Shown: positions 18,976 to 28,487 of the stretch, piece after piece | Layout of the letters: every line of letters begins with the position of its first letter | Position numbering within the stretch: position 1 is the stretch's first letter | Assembly: GCA_965662845.1 (NCBI GenBank) | Contig: CBFIJD010000023.1 | Location: 1-48,906 of the forward strand | Direction: 5' to 3' | Source of the DNA: an uncultured bacterium | GTDB taxonomy: Bacteria > SAR324 > NAC60-12 | DNA length: 48,906 bases | Made by a program: the position numbers and the translations under genes | Notes under the pieces: generated by a model | What the model was told of the DNA's origin: nothing | The model's database searches: none | Seen by the model: only the letters and a program-made list of their open reading frames with translations

Positions 18976-19952
18976 GTGAGTTGACCTATCGCGACGCGCT
19001 GCGGCAGGCGCTGCGCGATCAAATGCAGCGAGACCCTGCTGTGGTCCTGCTCGGCGAAGAGGTGGGACGCTACGGGGGCGCCTATGGCGTGTCCAAGGGG
19101 TTGCTCGATGAGTTCGGCGAAGTGCGCGTGCGCGACACTCCAATCTCAGAAGAGAGCATCGTGGGCGCGGCCGTGGGTGCAGCGATGACGGGGCTTCGCC
19201 CAGTCGCTGAGCTGATGTATGTGGACTTTGTGACGCTGGCGATGGACCAGCTGGTCAACCAAGCCGCAAAGATCCGTTACATGTTCGGTGGACAGATCAG
19301 CGTGCCGCTGGTGTTACGCACGCAAGGCGGCACCGGCCGCTCCGCAGCAGCCCAGCATTCGCAGAGTCTCGAAGCGTGGATGATGCACACCCCAGGGCTC
19401 TATGTGGCGACGCCTGCCGACGCTTCAGATGTCTATGTGTTGCTGCGTCACGCGCTCACGCTCAACGACCCCGTCGTGTTCATTGAACACAAAGGGCTCT
19501 ACGCGCAGACGATGCCGTTTGCGCCAGACCAAGCCCTGCCATGGGGACAAGCCGCGACCCGCCGGGCCGGAACCGACTGCACCGTGGTCACTTACTCCCG
19601 AATGGTGCACCGCGCGATCGAAGCCGCCGAACGAGTCGCCGCCGAAGGTATCTCTGCCGAAGTGATCGACCTGCGCACGCTGCGCCCGCTAGACATGGAG
19701 ACGGTGCTGGCCTCTGTACAACGCACCGGCCGCGCTCTGGTCGTCACAGAAGATTGCCTGACCGCTGGCGTCAGCGCAGAGCTTGCCGCTCGCATCATGG
19801 AAGGCGCCTTCGACTTCTTGAAAGAACCCGTGCTGCGCCTCGCCGGCGAAGACATCCCGATTCCGGTGGCGCCTGAGCTTGAGCACGCTGCGGTTCCCAC
19901 CACCGAGAGCATCGCGCTCGCTCTGCGCCAGTTGTTGCGGAAGGACGCATGA
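18972..19952 (+). CDS. Second TPP-dependent dehydrogenase E1 beta subunit
   Basis: GRYGGAYGVSKGL, DTPISE, AAKIRYMFGG, AAQHSQ, DPVVFIEHK. Confidence 0.9.
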   Translation: MSELTYRDALRQALRDQMQRDPAVVLLGEEVGRYGGAYGVSKGLLDEFGEVRVRDTPISEESIVGAAVGAAMTGLRPVAELMYVDFVTLAMDQLVNQAAKIRYMFGGQISVPLVLRTQGGTGRSAAAQHSQSLEAWMMHTPGLYVATPADASDVYVLLRHALTLNDPVVFIEHKGLYAQTMPFAPDQALPWGQAATRRAGTDCTVVTYSRMVHRAIEAAERVAAEGISAEVIDLRTLRPLDMETVLASVQRTGRALVVTEDCLTAGVSAELAARIMEGAFDFLKEPVLRLAGEDIPIPVAPELEHAAVPTTESIALALRQLLRKDA

Positions 19953-21235
19953 AGAGAGAGTTGCTGCTGCCACGCCTTGGCGAGACTATGGAACAAGGGA
20001 CTGTCGTGAGCTGGGTCGTGGGAGTCGGCGAGCGGTTTCAGCGTGGGGACGTCCTGCTCGAGCTGGAGACCGATAAGATGGTCGCGGAGATTCCAGCCTT
20101 AGAAGACGGGACGCTGCTGGAGATTGTCGCTCACGAGCAAGCTCAGGTGCAGGTGGGGCAGGTGTTGGCTCACATTGAGGTGAGCGGGGAGTCCACGGCG
20201 CAGGCGCCGTCGCTCACGACACCGGCCCTCGAAGCCCGTGAAGAGGAGCCAGCGGACCGCCTACCAACTCCTCCTCACCGGATCGCCGCCCAACAAGCCG
20301 CGCCGCTGTGGCGGCGAGCGCGCCCCGCCGCGCGTCGGTTCGCGCAACGCGAGCAGATTCGGATAGACGACCTGCCGGGGAGCGGCCCCTTGGGAAGGGT
20401 TGAGCTGGAGGATGTGCAGCGTGTCCGAGCCTCACGCTCGGCGCCGACACTCCTGTCGTCAGGGGCCAGCTTGCTGCTGGAAGTAGGCCGCCATCAAGTG
20501 CATGTGCGCCGACGCGGTCCCCACGGGAAAAACCCGCTGCTGCTGCTGCACGGGTTTACTTCGGAGCTGTCGGCGTGGGGCTACCACGCGCAGGCTCTGG
20601 CCGCTGAGCGAGAGGTGATCGCGCTCGACTTCCCTGGTCACGGGGGCTCTTCTGCGCTGTCCAACGCTTGCGCGCTCTCCGAGCTAGCAGACGTGGTCGT
20701 GAAGTTGGTGCCGCGCCTCGGCGTCGCTCAGGTGCATCTGGTCGGGCACTCTCTGGGGGGCGGTGTGGCGCTCGCGATGGCCGATCAAGCTCCCGCGCTG
20801 TTCTCGCGGCTGACGCTCCTCGCGCCGCTGGGCTTGGAGTCTGCCCGCAACCGCCCGCTGCTCCGTGAGCTGGCGCAGGCCACCCCAGAGGCGAATTGGC
20901 CGCTGCTGCTGTCCCGGCTGGTCTATGACACGGATTGGGTCACGCCAGAGCTGATCCGGTCGCGCCAAGCCCAAGCCGCTGACCCAGCGCGTCGCCGCAG
21001 CCGAGAGTGGTTGCTACCTACCGTGTCAGAGGGTTGGGACGGCTACGCGGCGCTGGCGTCTTTGGCCATGCCTGTGCGGTTGCTCTGGGGACTGCAAGAT
21101 CAGCTCTTGCTTCCCCCCCATTGGGACAACGTGCCCGGCTGGGTGGCGCAGCACCGTCTGCCGCAGGTCGGTCACCTCCCCCAAGTCGAGTCGGCTTCCT
21201 TGTTGCTACGTCTGTTGCGGGAAGACAACCCGTGA
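19949..21235 (+). CDS. Lipoyl domain + E3-binding domain + alpha/beta-hydrolase (AcoC-like E2)
   Basis: LPRLGETM, LETDK, PAARR...GSGPLGRV...DV, HGF, GHSLGG, GHLPQVE. Confidence 0.85.
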   Translation: MKRELLLPRLGETMEQGTVVSWVVGVGERFQRGDVLLELETDKMVAEIPALEDGTLLEIVAHEQAQVQVGQVLAHIEVSGESTAQAPSLTTPALEAREEEPADRLPTPPHRIAAQQAAPLWRRARPAARRFAQREQIRIDDLPGSGPLGRVELEDVQRVRASRSAPTLLSSGASLLLEVGRHQVHVRRRGPHGKNPLLLLHGFTSELSAWGYHAQALAAEREVIALDFPGHGGSSALSNACALSELADVVVKLVPRLGVAQVHLVGHSLGGGVALAMADQAPALFSRLTLLAPLGLESARNRPLLRELAQATPEANWPLLLSRLVYDTDWVTPELIRSRQAQAADPARRRSREWLLPTVSEGWDGYAALASLAMPVRLLWGLQDQLLLPPHWDNVPGWVAQHRLPQVGHLPQVESASLLLRLLREDNP

Positions 21236-21269
21236 GTTTGTAGCTTTGTGATCCAACCCAAGGAGGGAC

Positions 21270-22778
21270 ATGACCGTATATGTGATCGGAGTGGATGGCG
21301 GAACCGAAGGTCTCCGCGCCGGAGTATTTGACCTACAAGGCAAGCCGCTAGCGTTTGCTTCGTCTGCCTACCCAACGCGCTTCCCACAGCCCGGCTGGGC
21401 AGAGCAAGACCCCCGCGACTGGTGGGAGGCGCTCGGCAAAGCCGTGCCTCAGGCGCTGCAAGAGTCTGGCATTGATCGTAAACAGGTCGCGGGTCTCTGC
21501 GTTGATACGACCTGCTGCAGCGTCGTGGCGCTAGACCGCGACGGGCATCCTGTGCACCCCGCGTTGATCTGGATGGACATGCGCTCGGCGCCACAGACAG
21601 AGAGAGTGCTCGCGACACAAGAGGCCGCGCTGCGCGTCAACAGCGACGGCGCGGGACCCGTCAGCGCAGAGTGGATGATCCCGAAGGCGCTGTGGCTCAA
21701 AGAGAACCAAGCCGCTGTGTTTGCGCGGGCGGAGCACATCTGTGAGTTCCAAGACTACCTGAACTTCCACCTCACAGGGCGGATGGTCGCCAGCGTCAAC
21801 AACGCCGCCGTCCGCTGGCACTACGACGCACATCGCGGAGGTTATCCAAGGAGCCTCTTGGCGAAGCTGGGGCTCTCTGAGCTGTGCGCCAAGTGGCCTC
21901 AAGAAGTGCTGCCGCTCGGCGCCATGGTTGGCGGTTTGACAGCGCGCGCGGCGACCCACCTAGGGCTGTCCCCAGGGCTGCCGGTGTTGCAAGGGGGCGC
22001 GGATGCGTTCGTGGGGATGATTGGCCTGGGCGTTGTGCATCCGGGGAGCTTGGCGTTCATCACCGGCTCGTCGCACCTGCACCTGGGGCTGAGCGAGCAG
22101 CCTTTTCATGGAACAGGAATTTGGGGGACTTACGCAGACGCCCTGTTGCCCAAGCTCTACGTGGTTGAGGGAGGGCAGACCTCCACCGGCTCGGTCGTCA
22201 ACTGGCTCAAGCAGCTCTTTGGAGAGGCCGACTATGCCGCGCTCAATGCGGAGGCATCGCAGCTGCCGGTAGGCTCTGAGGGGGTGCTGGTGCAGGAGCA
22301 CTTTCAGGGCAACCGCACCCCCCACACTGACCCTCTCTCGCGGGGGGCAATCTCGGGGTTGACCCTCAAGCACGGCAAGGCGCACCTGTTCCGCGCCGCG
22401 ATAGAAGGCATCGCCTTTGGCACAGAGCTGATCTTAGAGACCATGCGTCACAACGGTTTCACTCCGCAGCAGGTGGCTATCGCTGGCGGAGCGACGCGCT
22501 CGGAGCTGTGGTTGCAGGTTCATGCCGACGTCTCGAACCTGCCGCTCACTCTGACCGAAGTGACGGACGCGCCCACGCTCGGGTGTGCGATCCTCGCGGC
22601 GACCGGCTCTGGGCATTATCCCGATGTGCCCACCGCCGTACAACACATGGTGCAAGTGAGCCGTGTGGTGGAACCCAACGCTGCGGCGCACGCGGCTTAT
22701 CGCCCCTTTTACGAGAGCTACCGCGCACATTACTACGCGCTGAAGCAAGCCCGACAAGCGCTTGCGACTGCCGAGTGA
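21270..22778 (+). CDS. FGGY-family pentulose/ketose kinase
   Basis: IGVDGGTE, GWAEQDP, DTTCCSV, GGADA, TGSS, FQGNRTP, GGATRS. Confidence 0.9.
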   Translation: MTVYVIGVDGGTEGLRAGVFDLQGKPLAFASSAYPTRFPQPGWAEQDPRDWWEALGKAVPQALQESGIDRKQVAGLCVDTTCCSVVALDRDGHPVHPALIWMDMRSAPQTERVLATQEAALRVNSDGAGPVSAEWMIPKALWLKENQAAVFARAEHICEFQDYLNFHLTGRMVASVNNAAVRWHYDAHRGGYPRSLLAKLGLSELCAKWPQEVLPLGAMVGGLTARAATHLGLSPGLPVLQGGADAFVGMIGLGVVHPGSLAFITGSSHLHLGLSEQPFHGTGIWGTYADALLPKLYVVEGGQTSTGSVVNWLKQLFGEADYAALNAEASQLPVGSEGVLVQEHFQGNRTPHTDPLSRGAISGLTLKHGKAHLFRAAIEGIAFGTELILETMRHNGFTPQQVAIAGGATRSELWLQVHADVSNLPLTLTEVTDAPTLGCAILAATGSGHYPDVPTAVQHMVQVSRVVEPNAAAHAAYRPFYESYRAHYYALKQARQALATAE

Positions 22779-22951
22779 CCGTCCGCCAACGAGGCGGCTG
22801 CCCAGACCACGCGAGTGGTCTCCCTGTCTTCACAGGGAACACGGAGTCTTTTCACCGAGTATTTCTCTCAACTCTTTGAATCCATTTTTGTCGAGCAGAA
22901 TTGAGTCATGTTGCACACTGAGCACATTTTGAAAATTTCTTGGGAGGTTCC

Positions 22952-24484
22952 ATGTTTAGAGTACCAAAAAAGCCGCTCTACCAGCGGGTGACCCGACGTA
23001 AGTTCTTAGAGTTAGGCGGCAGCGCTGCTCTCATGCTGGGAGTGGGTTCGGTCGCTGTAGGGCTCAACTCGATCGTCACGCGCCGTCCTGTGTACGCGCA
23101 ATCTTCGGCTTCTGCGAAGTGGAAGCAATATTCTGGTTCTAAGCTCGTGTTCATGAGCGAGAACACCCCTCCTTCCTTCGCCTTCCGCGAAAAACTCAAA
23201 GACTTCTATGACCTGACCGGCATTGAAGTCGAGATCCTCACCGACGACCTCCCCGTTGTGCAGCAAAAAGTGGGGATTGACCTGCGCTCTGGGCAAGCGG
23301 ACTTTCACCTGAACTACGTCCAAGACAAACCGATTGGTTCTCCGTTCGCGGGCTTCTACGAAGACCTGAACCGCTACACAGAGGACGACACGCTGCCACA
23401 AGACCCCGAAGGCTACGGTGAGGGCGTGTGGTTCGAGAACTTCCTGCAAGCCTGTGGCGTGTATTACGACCCAGGGAAGATTGTGGCGTTTCCCTACGAC
23501 GCCGCCGTGGCGTGTACGTTCTACCGTCAAGACTTGTTCGAGCGGCTCAGCAAAGATTTCGAGAGCGAGTATGGCTACCGCATGGAATTTACGGCGGAGA
23601 CGACGTGGAAGAACGTCTATGAGTTCGCCGCGTTCTTCAAAAAGATGCGGGAGAGCGGGATGCGCGACATCCCGTACGGCTACGCGCAGCACCAAGGCTC
23701 TTTTGCGTGGACGACGCAGCTCGACATTCAGCGGATGCTCTTCGCGCATGGGCGCTGGACAGAGTTCAACATGGACGACAAAGTCGGGTCGCGAGAGCCG
23801 GGACGCACCAACTGGGGCGACGCGCAGTCCGTCGCGGTTATGACCAAGTTCAAGGAACTCGCCGACGTCAGCCACCCGGACAACTTGGCGAACGGGACGC
23901 TTGAGCTCAACACGGTCTATCAAGCGGGGCAGATCGCGATGCAGGTGCAATATCACGAGTTTGCTGCGTCGATTGAAGACGCTTCCACCTCGCGTGCTGC
24001 GGGTGGCAAGACCGCTTACGCTCCCTGCCCGAAGGGCGAGCCGGACTGGATCGTCAATGGCGGGCCGGCGGTTAATGGCTGCAACTGCGGCATCGGCGGC
24101 ATTGGCATCAACGCGGGCGCTTCGGATGAGCTGAAGCGAGCGGCGTATCTGTTCGCGATTTGGGCGACGTCCAAAGAAAACCAGTTCAGCGTGCTCAAAG
24201 GGTTAGGAGGAACCCCGACCCGTAAGTCTGTGGTGGACATCCCAGAGGTGCGCCGCGCACGCACGCGCCCGACCAACATGCCCAACGCGCTCACGTTTGA
24301 CGCTGTCTATGACTACGGCATCCGTGACCCGCACTTTGTGCTCGGCCCCAAGATTCCAGAAGTGAACGAATATCACCGGATTCTAGCGACCGAGGTGCAG
24401 CGCTGTGTCTCAGGGAGCACCACCCCGCCAGAAGCCTGCGCCAACATCCGCAGCCAAGTGGATAACGCGAACGGCATCTTCTAA
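22952..24484 (+). CDS. Sugar ABC transporter substrate-binding protein with Tat signal (start moved to ATG 22952)
   Basis: TRRKFL twin-arginine motif, hydrophobic stretch, VYA cleavage; PYD...FYRQDLF; GGAGG RBS; followed by CUT1 permeases. Confidence 0.85.
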   Translation: MFRVPKKPLYQRVTRRKFLELGGSAALMLGVGSVAVGLNSIVTRRPVYAQSSASAKWKQYSGSKLVFMSENTPPSFAFREKLKDFYDLTGIEVEILTDDLPVVQQKVGIDLRSGQADFHLNYVQDKPIGSPFAGFYEDLNRYTEDDTLPQDPEGYGEGVWFENFLQACGVYYDPGKIVAFPYDAAVACTFYRQDLFERLSKDFESEYGYRMEFTAETTWKNVYEFAAFFKKMRESGMRDIPYGYAQHQGSFAWTTQLDIQRMLFAHGRWTEFNMDDKVGSREPGRTNWGDAQSVAVMTKFKELADVSHPDNLANGTLELNTVYQAGQIAMQVQYHEFAASIEDASTSRAAGGKTAYAPCPKGEPDWIVNGGPAVNGCNCGIGGIGINAGASDELKRAAYLFAIWATSKENQFSVLKGLGGTPTRKSVVDIPEVRRARTRPTNMPNALTFDAVYDYGIRDPHFVLGPKIPEVNEYHRILATEVQRCVSGSTTPPEACANIRSQVDNANGIF

Positions 24485-24497
24485 ACCATCGGAGCTC

Positions 24498-24521
24498 AGA
24501 GGCGGTCACCCAGCCGCCTCT
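24498..24521 (+). terminator. Intercistronic stem-loop after SBP gene (attenuating or mRNA-stabilising)
   Basis: AGAGGCGG-TCACCCAG-CCGCCTCT 8-bp stem just after the stop. Confidence 0.4.
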
Positions 24522-24546
24522 TGTCAAATCGCAGAGAGAACCTGTT

Positions 24547-25569
24547 ATGCAGACAACGATTCCTGTCGGCGCTCCTCTCCCACGCTTGGAGCAGCGCGCC
24601 GCGCGCTGGGCGAACGCCTCGGTGGAGCAGCTCGTGATGCGCAAGGGCGTGCGGGTGGTGGAGCAGGCGCCTGCAGTCCAGAATCCCAAGCCGAGCCAGC
24701 GCTACTACCTCTACTTGATCTTGCCTGCGGTGATCGTGCTGGCGTGCATCACGCTCTACCCGTTCTTCTGGCTCATCTGGATGAGCTTCCACACCGTGGA
24801 CATGTTCCAAGGAGACATCTGGAACAACTTCCTCAACTGGAAGCGCCTCACACGAGACCCTAGCTTTGCGGAGGGGTGGTGGCTGCTGCTCAAATACAGC
24901 GTGATGTGCATGACCCTTGAGGTCGGCTTAGGTGTGCTGCTCGCGGTCATCCTCAACCGCTCTCGTTACGAGAAGCTGCTCGTCACGATATTTCTGATGC
25001 CGATGATGATGGCGCCCGTGGTCGCGGGCTTGGTGTGGTACTACCTCTACAACTCGACGTTCGGTTGGTATCACTGGGTGCTGCAGAGCGCTGGGATCTT
25101 AGGCGAACGCTCGATCTTAGGGGACACCGACACGGCGATGCTCGGCATCGTGATCGTGGACGTGTGGCAGTGGACGCCGTTGCTGATCCTCATCACGCTC
25201 GCAGGGCTCAAGCGGGTGCCACGCGATCAGCTGGAGGCGAACATGGTCGATGGCGCGGGAGAGCTGCGCAACTTCTTCCAGATCACGCTGCCGAACCTCT
25301 ATCCCGTCTTGCTGATCGGCATTCTGCTGCGCTTCATGGACAACTTCCGCTTCATTGACGCGGTTCTGGTGCTCACGGGCGGTGGCCCCGCGAACGCGAC
25401 CAAGATCTTGCCGACATATCTCTTCGATGTCTCCTTTCAGTTCTTCAAACTCGGGCGGGGCGCGGCGATCGCGCTCACCTTGCTGATCGTGACGATCATC
25501 TTAGGGCTGATCCTTGTGCGTGTGTTTGACAGCCCGGCGGCGAAGGTGAACCAAGACTCAGGAGGCTAA
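24547..25569 (+). CDS. Carbohydrate ABC transporter permease
   Basis: Multiple TM helices, WQWTP, EAA-like loop EANMVDGA, TGGGP. Confidence 0.92.
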   Translation: MQTTIPVGAPLPRLEQRAARWANASVEQLVMRKGVRVVEQAPAVQNPKPSQRYYLYLILPAVIVLACITLYPFFWLIWMSFHTVDMFQGDIWNNFLNWKRLTRDPSFAEGWWLLLKYSVMCMTLEVGLGVLLAVILNRSRYEKLLVTIFLMPMMMAPVVAGLVWYYLYNSTFGWYHWVLQSAGILGERSILGDTDTAMLGIVIVDVWQWTPLLILITLAGLKRVPRDQLEANMVDGAGELRNFFQITLPNLYPVLLIGILLRFMDNFRFIDAVLVLTGGGPANATKILPTYLFDVSFQFFKLGRGAAIALTLLIVTIILGLILVRVFDSPAAKVNQDSGG

Positions 25570-26448
25570 ATGGCGTCATCGGATATGGTGAGCTATCGCT
25601 CGCCGTGGAAGCGCATCTCCGAAGTGCTGATCGGCGTCTTTTTGACGGTGTACCTGATCTGGACGGTGATGACCTTCGTGATCATGTTTGTGTCTTCGTT
25701 CAAAGACTTGCTGGAAGCCTTCAAGCTGCCAGAGGTTGGAGACTGGGCGGGAGTGACGGTGTTTTTCGAGTTCACGCCGACGCTCAAGCACTACCAAGAC
25801 CTCTTCTTGGAAGAGAACTTCGGGCGATACTTGCTGAACAGCATCTTCGCCGCAGGCGGCTCCGCGCTCATCTCGGTGGTGTTGGGGGCCATGTGTGCCT
25901 ACGCGCTCTCGCGCTGCGAGTTTCGTGGCAAGAGAGACCTGCAGTTTTGGATCATCTCGACGCGCATGGCGCCGGTCGTGGCGGTGATGGTGCCGCTGTA
26001 TGCGATCTTCCGCAACTTTGGGCTGGTGGGGTCCATCTGGGGGCTGATTTTGGCGTACACGACGTTCAACCTGCCGTTTGCGATCTGGATCCTCAAAGGC
26101 TTCTTTGACAATGTGCCCTACTCCATTGAGGAAGCGCAGATGTGCGACGGCAGCACGCGTTTCCAAGCGTTCCTCGCGATCCTGCCCCTGGTCGCGCCGG
26201 GGATTGGCGCCTTCTTGATTTTGTGTGTGTTGTTTGGGTGGAACGACTTCTTGTTCGCGTCGATCATCGGCTCCGGCGGGGCGAAGACCTTGCCCGTCGC
26301 CACCAAAGAGCTGGTGCAACCGCAGAACATCCAGTGGGGCAGCATCATGGCTGCCGGAGTCGTCACGACGCTACCCATGATGATGCTCGGCGTCCTCGTG
26401 CGCCGCTACATGGTCACCGGCTTAACCATGGGCGCAGTGCGCGAATAA
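25570..26448 (+). CDS. Carbohydrate ABC transporter permease
   Basis: NLPFAIW...FF, EEAQMCDG loop, WNDFLFA, GLTMGAV end. Confidence 0.92.
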   Translation: MASSDMVSYRSPWKRISEVLIGVFLTVYLIWTVMTFVIMFVSSFKDLLEAFKLPEVGDWAGVTVFFEFTPTLKHYQDLFLEENFGRYLLNSIFAAGGSALISVVLGAMCAYALSRCEFRGKRDLQFWIISTRMAPVVAVMVPLYAIFRNFGLVGSIWGLILAYTTFNLPFAIWILKGFFDNVPYSIEEAQMCDGSTRFQAFLAILPLVAPGIGAFLILCVLFGWNDFLFASIIGSGGAKTLPVATKELVQPQNIQWGSIMAAGVVTTLPMMMLGVLVRRYMVTGLTMGAVRE

Positions 26449-26469
26449 CTCACTTGCAGGAGGAAGCTC

Positions 26470-27579
26470 ATGGCTTCGGTCAGTATCAAAAACGTTTGGA
26501 AATATTATGGCGAGACGCCGGCTGTGCGGGACTTGAATCTGGAAGTGCAGGACGGTGAGTTCTTGTGTGTGCTCGGTCCTTCCGGTTGCGGGAAGTCGTC
26601 TACGCTGCGGATGCTCGCCGGGCTAGAGCACATCTCCTCCGGCGAGATCCTCTTTGGAGCCACGCGGGTCAACGACCTGCCGCCAAAAGATCGCGACATC
26701 GCCATGGTCTTTGAAAACTACGCGCTCTATCCACACAAGAGCGTCTTTGAAAACATCGCCAACTCGCTCAAGCTCCGCAAAGTGGATGCCGCGACGATTC
26801 AACAGAGAGTACAAAGAGCCGCCGAGATGCTGGAGATTGGACACCTGCTGGAGCGAAAGCCCATGGAGCTCTCTGGAGGCCAGAAGCAGCGCGTGGCGAT
26901 TGGGCGCGCGATCGTGCGCGAGCCGCAGCTGTTCTTGTTTGATGAACCCATCGCTCACTTGGACGCTAAGCTGCGAGCGCACATGCGCGGGGAGTTGAAA
27001 CTTCTCCAGCGAGAGCTGGGCACCACGATGGTCTATGTGACCCACGACCAGATGGAAGCGATGTCGATGGCAGATCGAGTCGCGGTGATGCACCAAGGCG
27101 TGCTCCAGCAGTACGGCACACCGCAGGAGATCTACAATCACCCCGTCAATGAGTGGGTCGCTGGCTTCGTTGGGGAGCCGCCGATGAACTTCATCGACTG
27201 TGAGCTGACGAGTCAGTTTGGACGCGATGGCGGCGCTCAGCTCAAAGTGAAGCACGCGATGTTCGAGGCGGCGCTGCTCCCCCAGCAGGCCGATCAGCTC
27301 AAATCTGCCAAGACAACGGCAGGCAAGGTGAAGCTCGCCATACGCCCCGATCAAATCCAAATCTCAATGCGCTCGAGCAAAGACGCAGTCCGAGCGAAGA
27401 TCTTGATCACGGAGCCGATTGGCGGAGATATGCTCGTGGATGTGGCGCTCGACAAGCAGAAGCTGATCGTGAAGACCAAGCCGGATTTCCAAGGCAATCT
27501 GGGGGAGGAGTGCTACCTGCAGTTTGATAAGTCCCGCTGGCACTTGTTCGCGCACGACACGGGCTTGGCGTATTTTTGA
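26470..27579 (+). CDS. Sugar ABC transporter ATP-binding protein (MalK-like)
   Basis: GPSGCGKS, LSGGQKQR, FDEP, YVTHDQ, TOBE-like C-terminus. Confidence 0.95.
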   Translation: MASVSIKNVWKYYGETPAVRDLNLEVQDGEFLCVLGPSGCGKSSTLRMLAGLEHISSGEILFGATRVNDLPPKDRDIAMVFENYALYPHKSVFENIANSLKLRKVDAATIQQRVQRAAEMLEIGHLLERKPMELSGGQKQRVAIGRAIVREPQLFLFDEPIAHLDAKLRAHMRGELKLLQRELGTTMVYVTHDQMEAMSMADRVAVMHQGVLQQYGTPQEIYNHPVNEWVAGFVGEPPMNFIDCELTSQFGRDGGAQLKVKHAMFEAALLPQQADQLKSAKTTAGKVKLAIRPDQIQISMRSSKDAVRAKILITEPIGGDMLVDVALDKQKLIVKTKPDFQGNLGEECYLQFDKSRWHLFAHDTGLAYF

Positions 27580-28487
27580 GGCGGGCTCCGGCTGGGATCG
27601 GCCCGCTCCTTCGTCGCTTAAATTCGTCGTTCCTGGGCTGAGTTGGCCCGCTCCTTCGTCGCTCCAATTCGCAGGTCTCGGGCAACGCCCTGGGAATAAG
27701 AGTCGAGACAGATTGCGAGGGCTGAATGCGTTGTTGATCTCTTCGGGGGTTCCGCTTGTGAGGGGCAACGCCCCAGCTCAAGACAGCCCAGGGCAACGCC
27801 CTGGGAATAAGAATCGAGACAGATTGCGAGGGCTGAAGGCCCGGCTCAAGACAGCCCAGGGCAACGCCCTGGGAATAAGAATCGAGACAGATTGCGAGGG
27901 CTGAAGGCCCGGCCTCATCTCAATTTCATACATGCCGGTCATCGTCCGAAGTCAACGTTGTGCTGCACCCGGAAGCCTCGGTCATCGTCCCGAAATGGAT
28001 CGCGGACAGTATTGGTGGGGAGAATGACACGATGCTTCGTGCTGAAAATGAGGTGGATGTGGAGGCAAGCGAGGGATTGCGGCATAGGTTTGATCACCCT
28101 TTCAGGGCTTTGATTACTGTTGGGGATTGGTTCCCAGGGCGCTGCCCTGGGCTGAGTTAGCCCGCTCCTTCGGAGCTCAAATTCGTCACTCCTGCGCTGA
28201 GTTGGCCCGCCCCTTCGGAGTTCCAATTCGTCGTTCCCGCGCTGACATGGCCCGCTCAAGAGGGCGCTCCAATTCGCAGGTCTCGGGCAACGCCCTGGGA
28301 ATAAGAGTCGAGACAGATTGTGAGGGGCAACGCCCCAGCTCAAGATAGCCCAGGGCAATGCTCTGGGAATAGGAATCGACACAGATTGTGAGGGCCGAAT
28401 GCGTTGTTGGTCTCTTCGGGGGTTCCGTTTGTGAGGGGCAACGCCCCAGCTCAAGACAGCCCAGGGCAACGCCCTGAGAATAGGAAT
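27580..28487. repeat. Cluster of palindromic repeats of IS200-like/REP-associated type
   Basis: CCCAGGGC-AAC-GCCCTGGG at 27787 and 27855, an inverted copy at 28133, degenerate copies near 27678, 28281, 28349, 28460; GGGGCAACGCCCC x3; perfect 68-bp tandem 27776-27843/27844-27911. Confidence 0.88.
27920..28085 (-). pseudogene. tnpA: Internally deleted IS200/IS605-family (Y1) transposase remnant
   Basis: Reads MPQSLACLHIHLIFSTKHR...TVRD (typical TnpA N-terminus) joined directly to FRDDDRGF..HNVDF and, after a frameshift, DDDRHV*N* (typical FQEEYR.F....FDERYVWD C-terminus); HUH and catalytic Tyr region missing. Confidence 0.75.
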
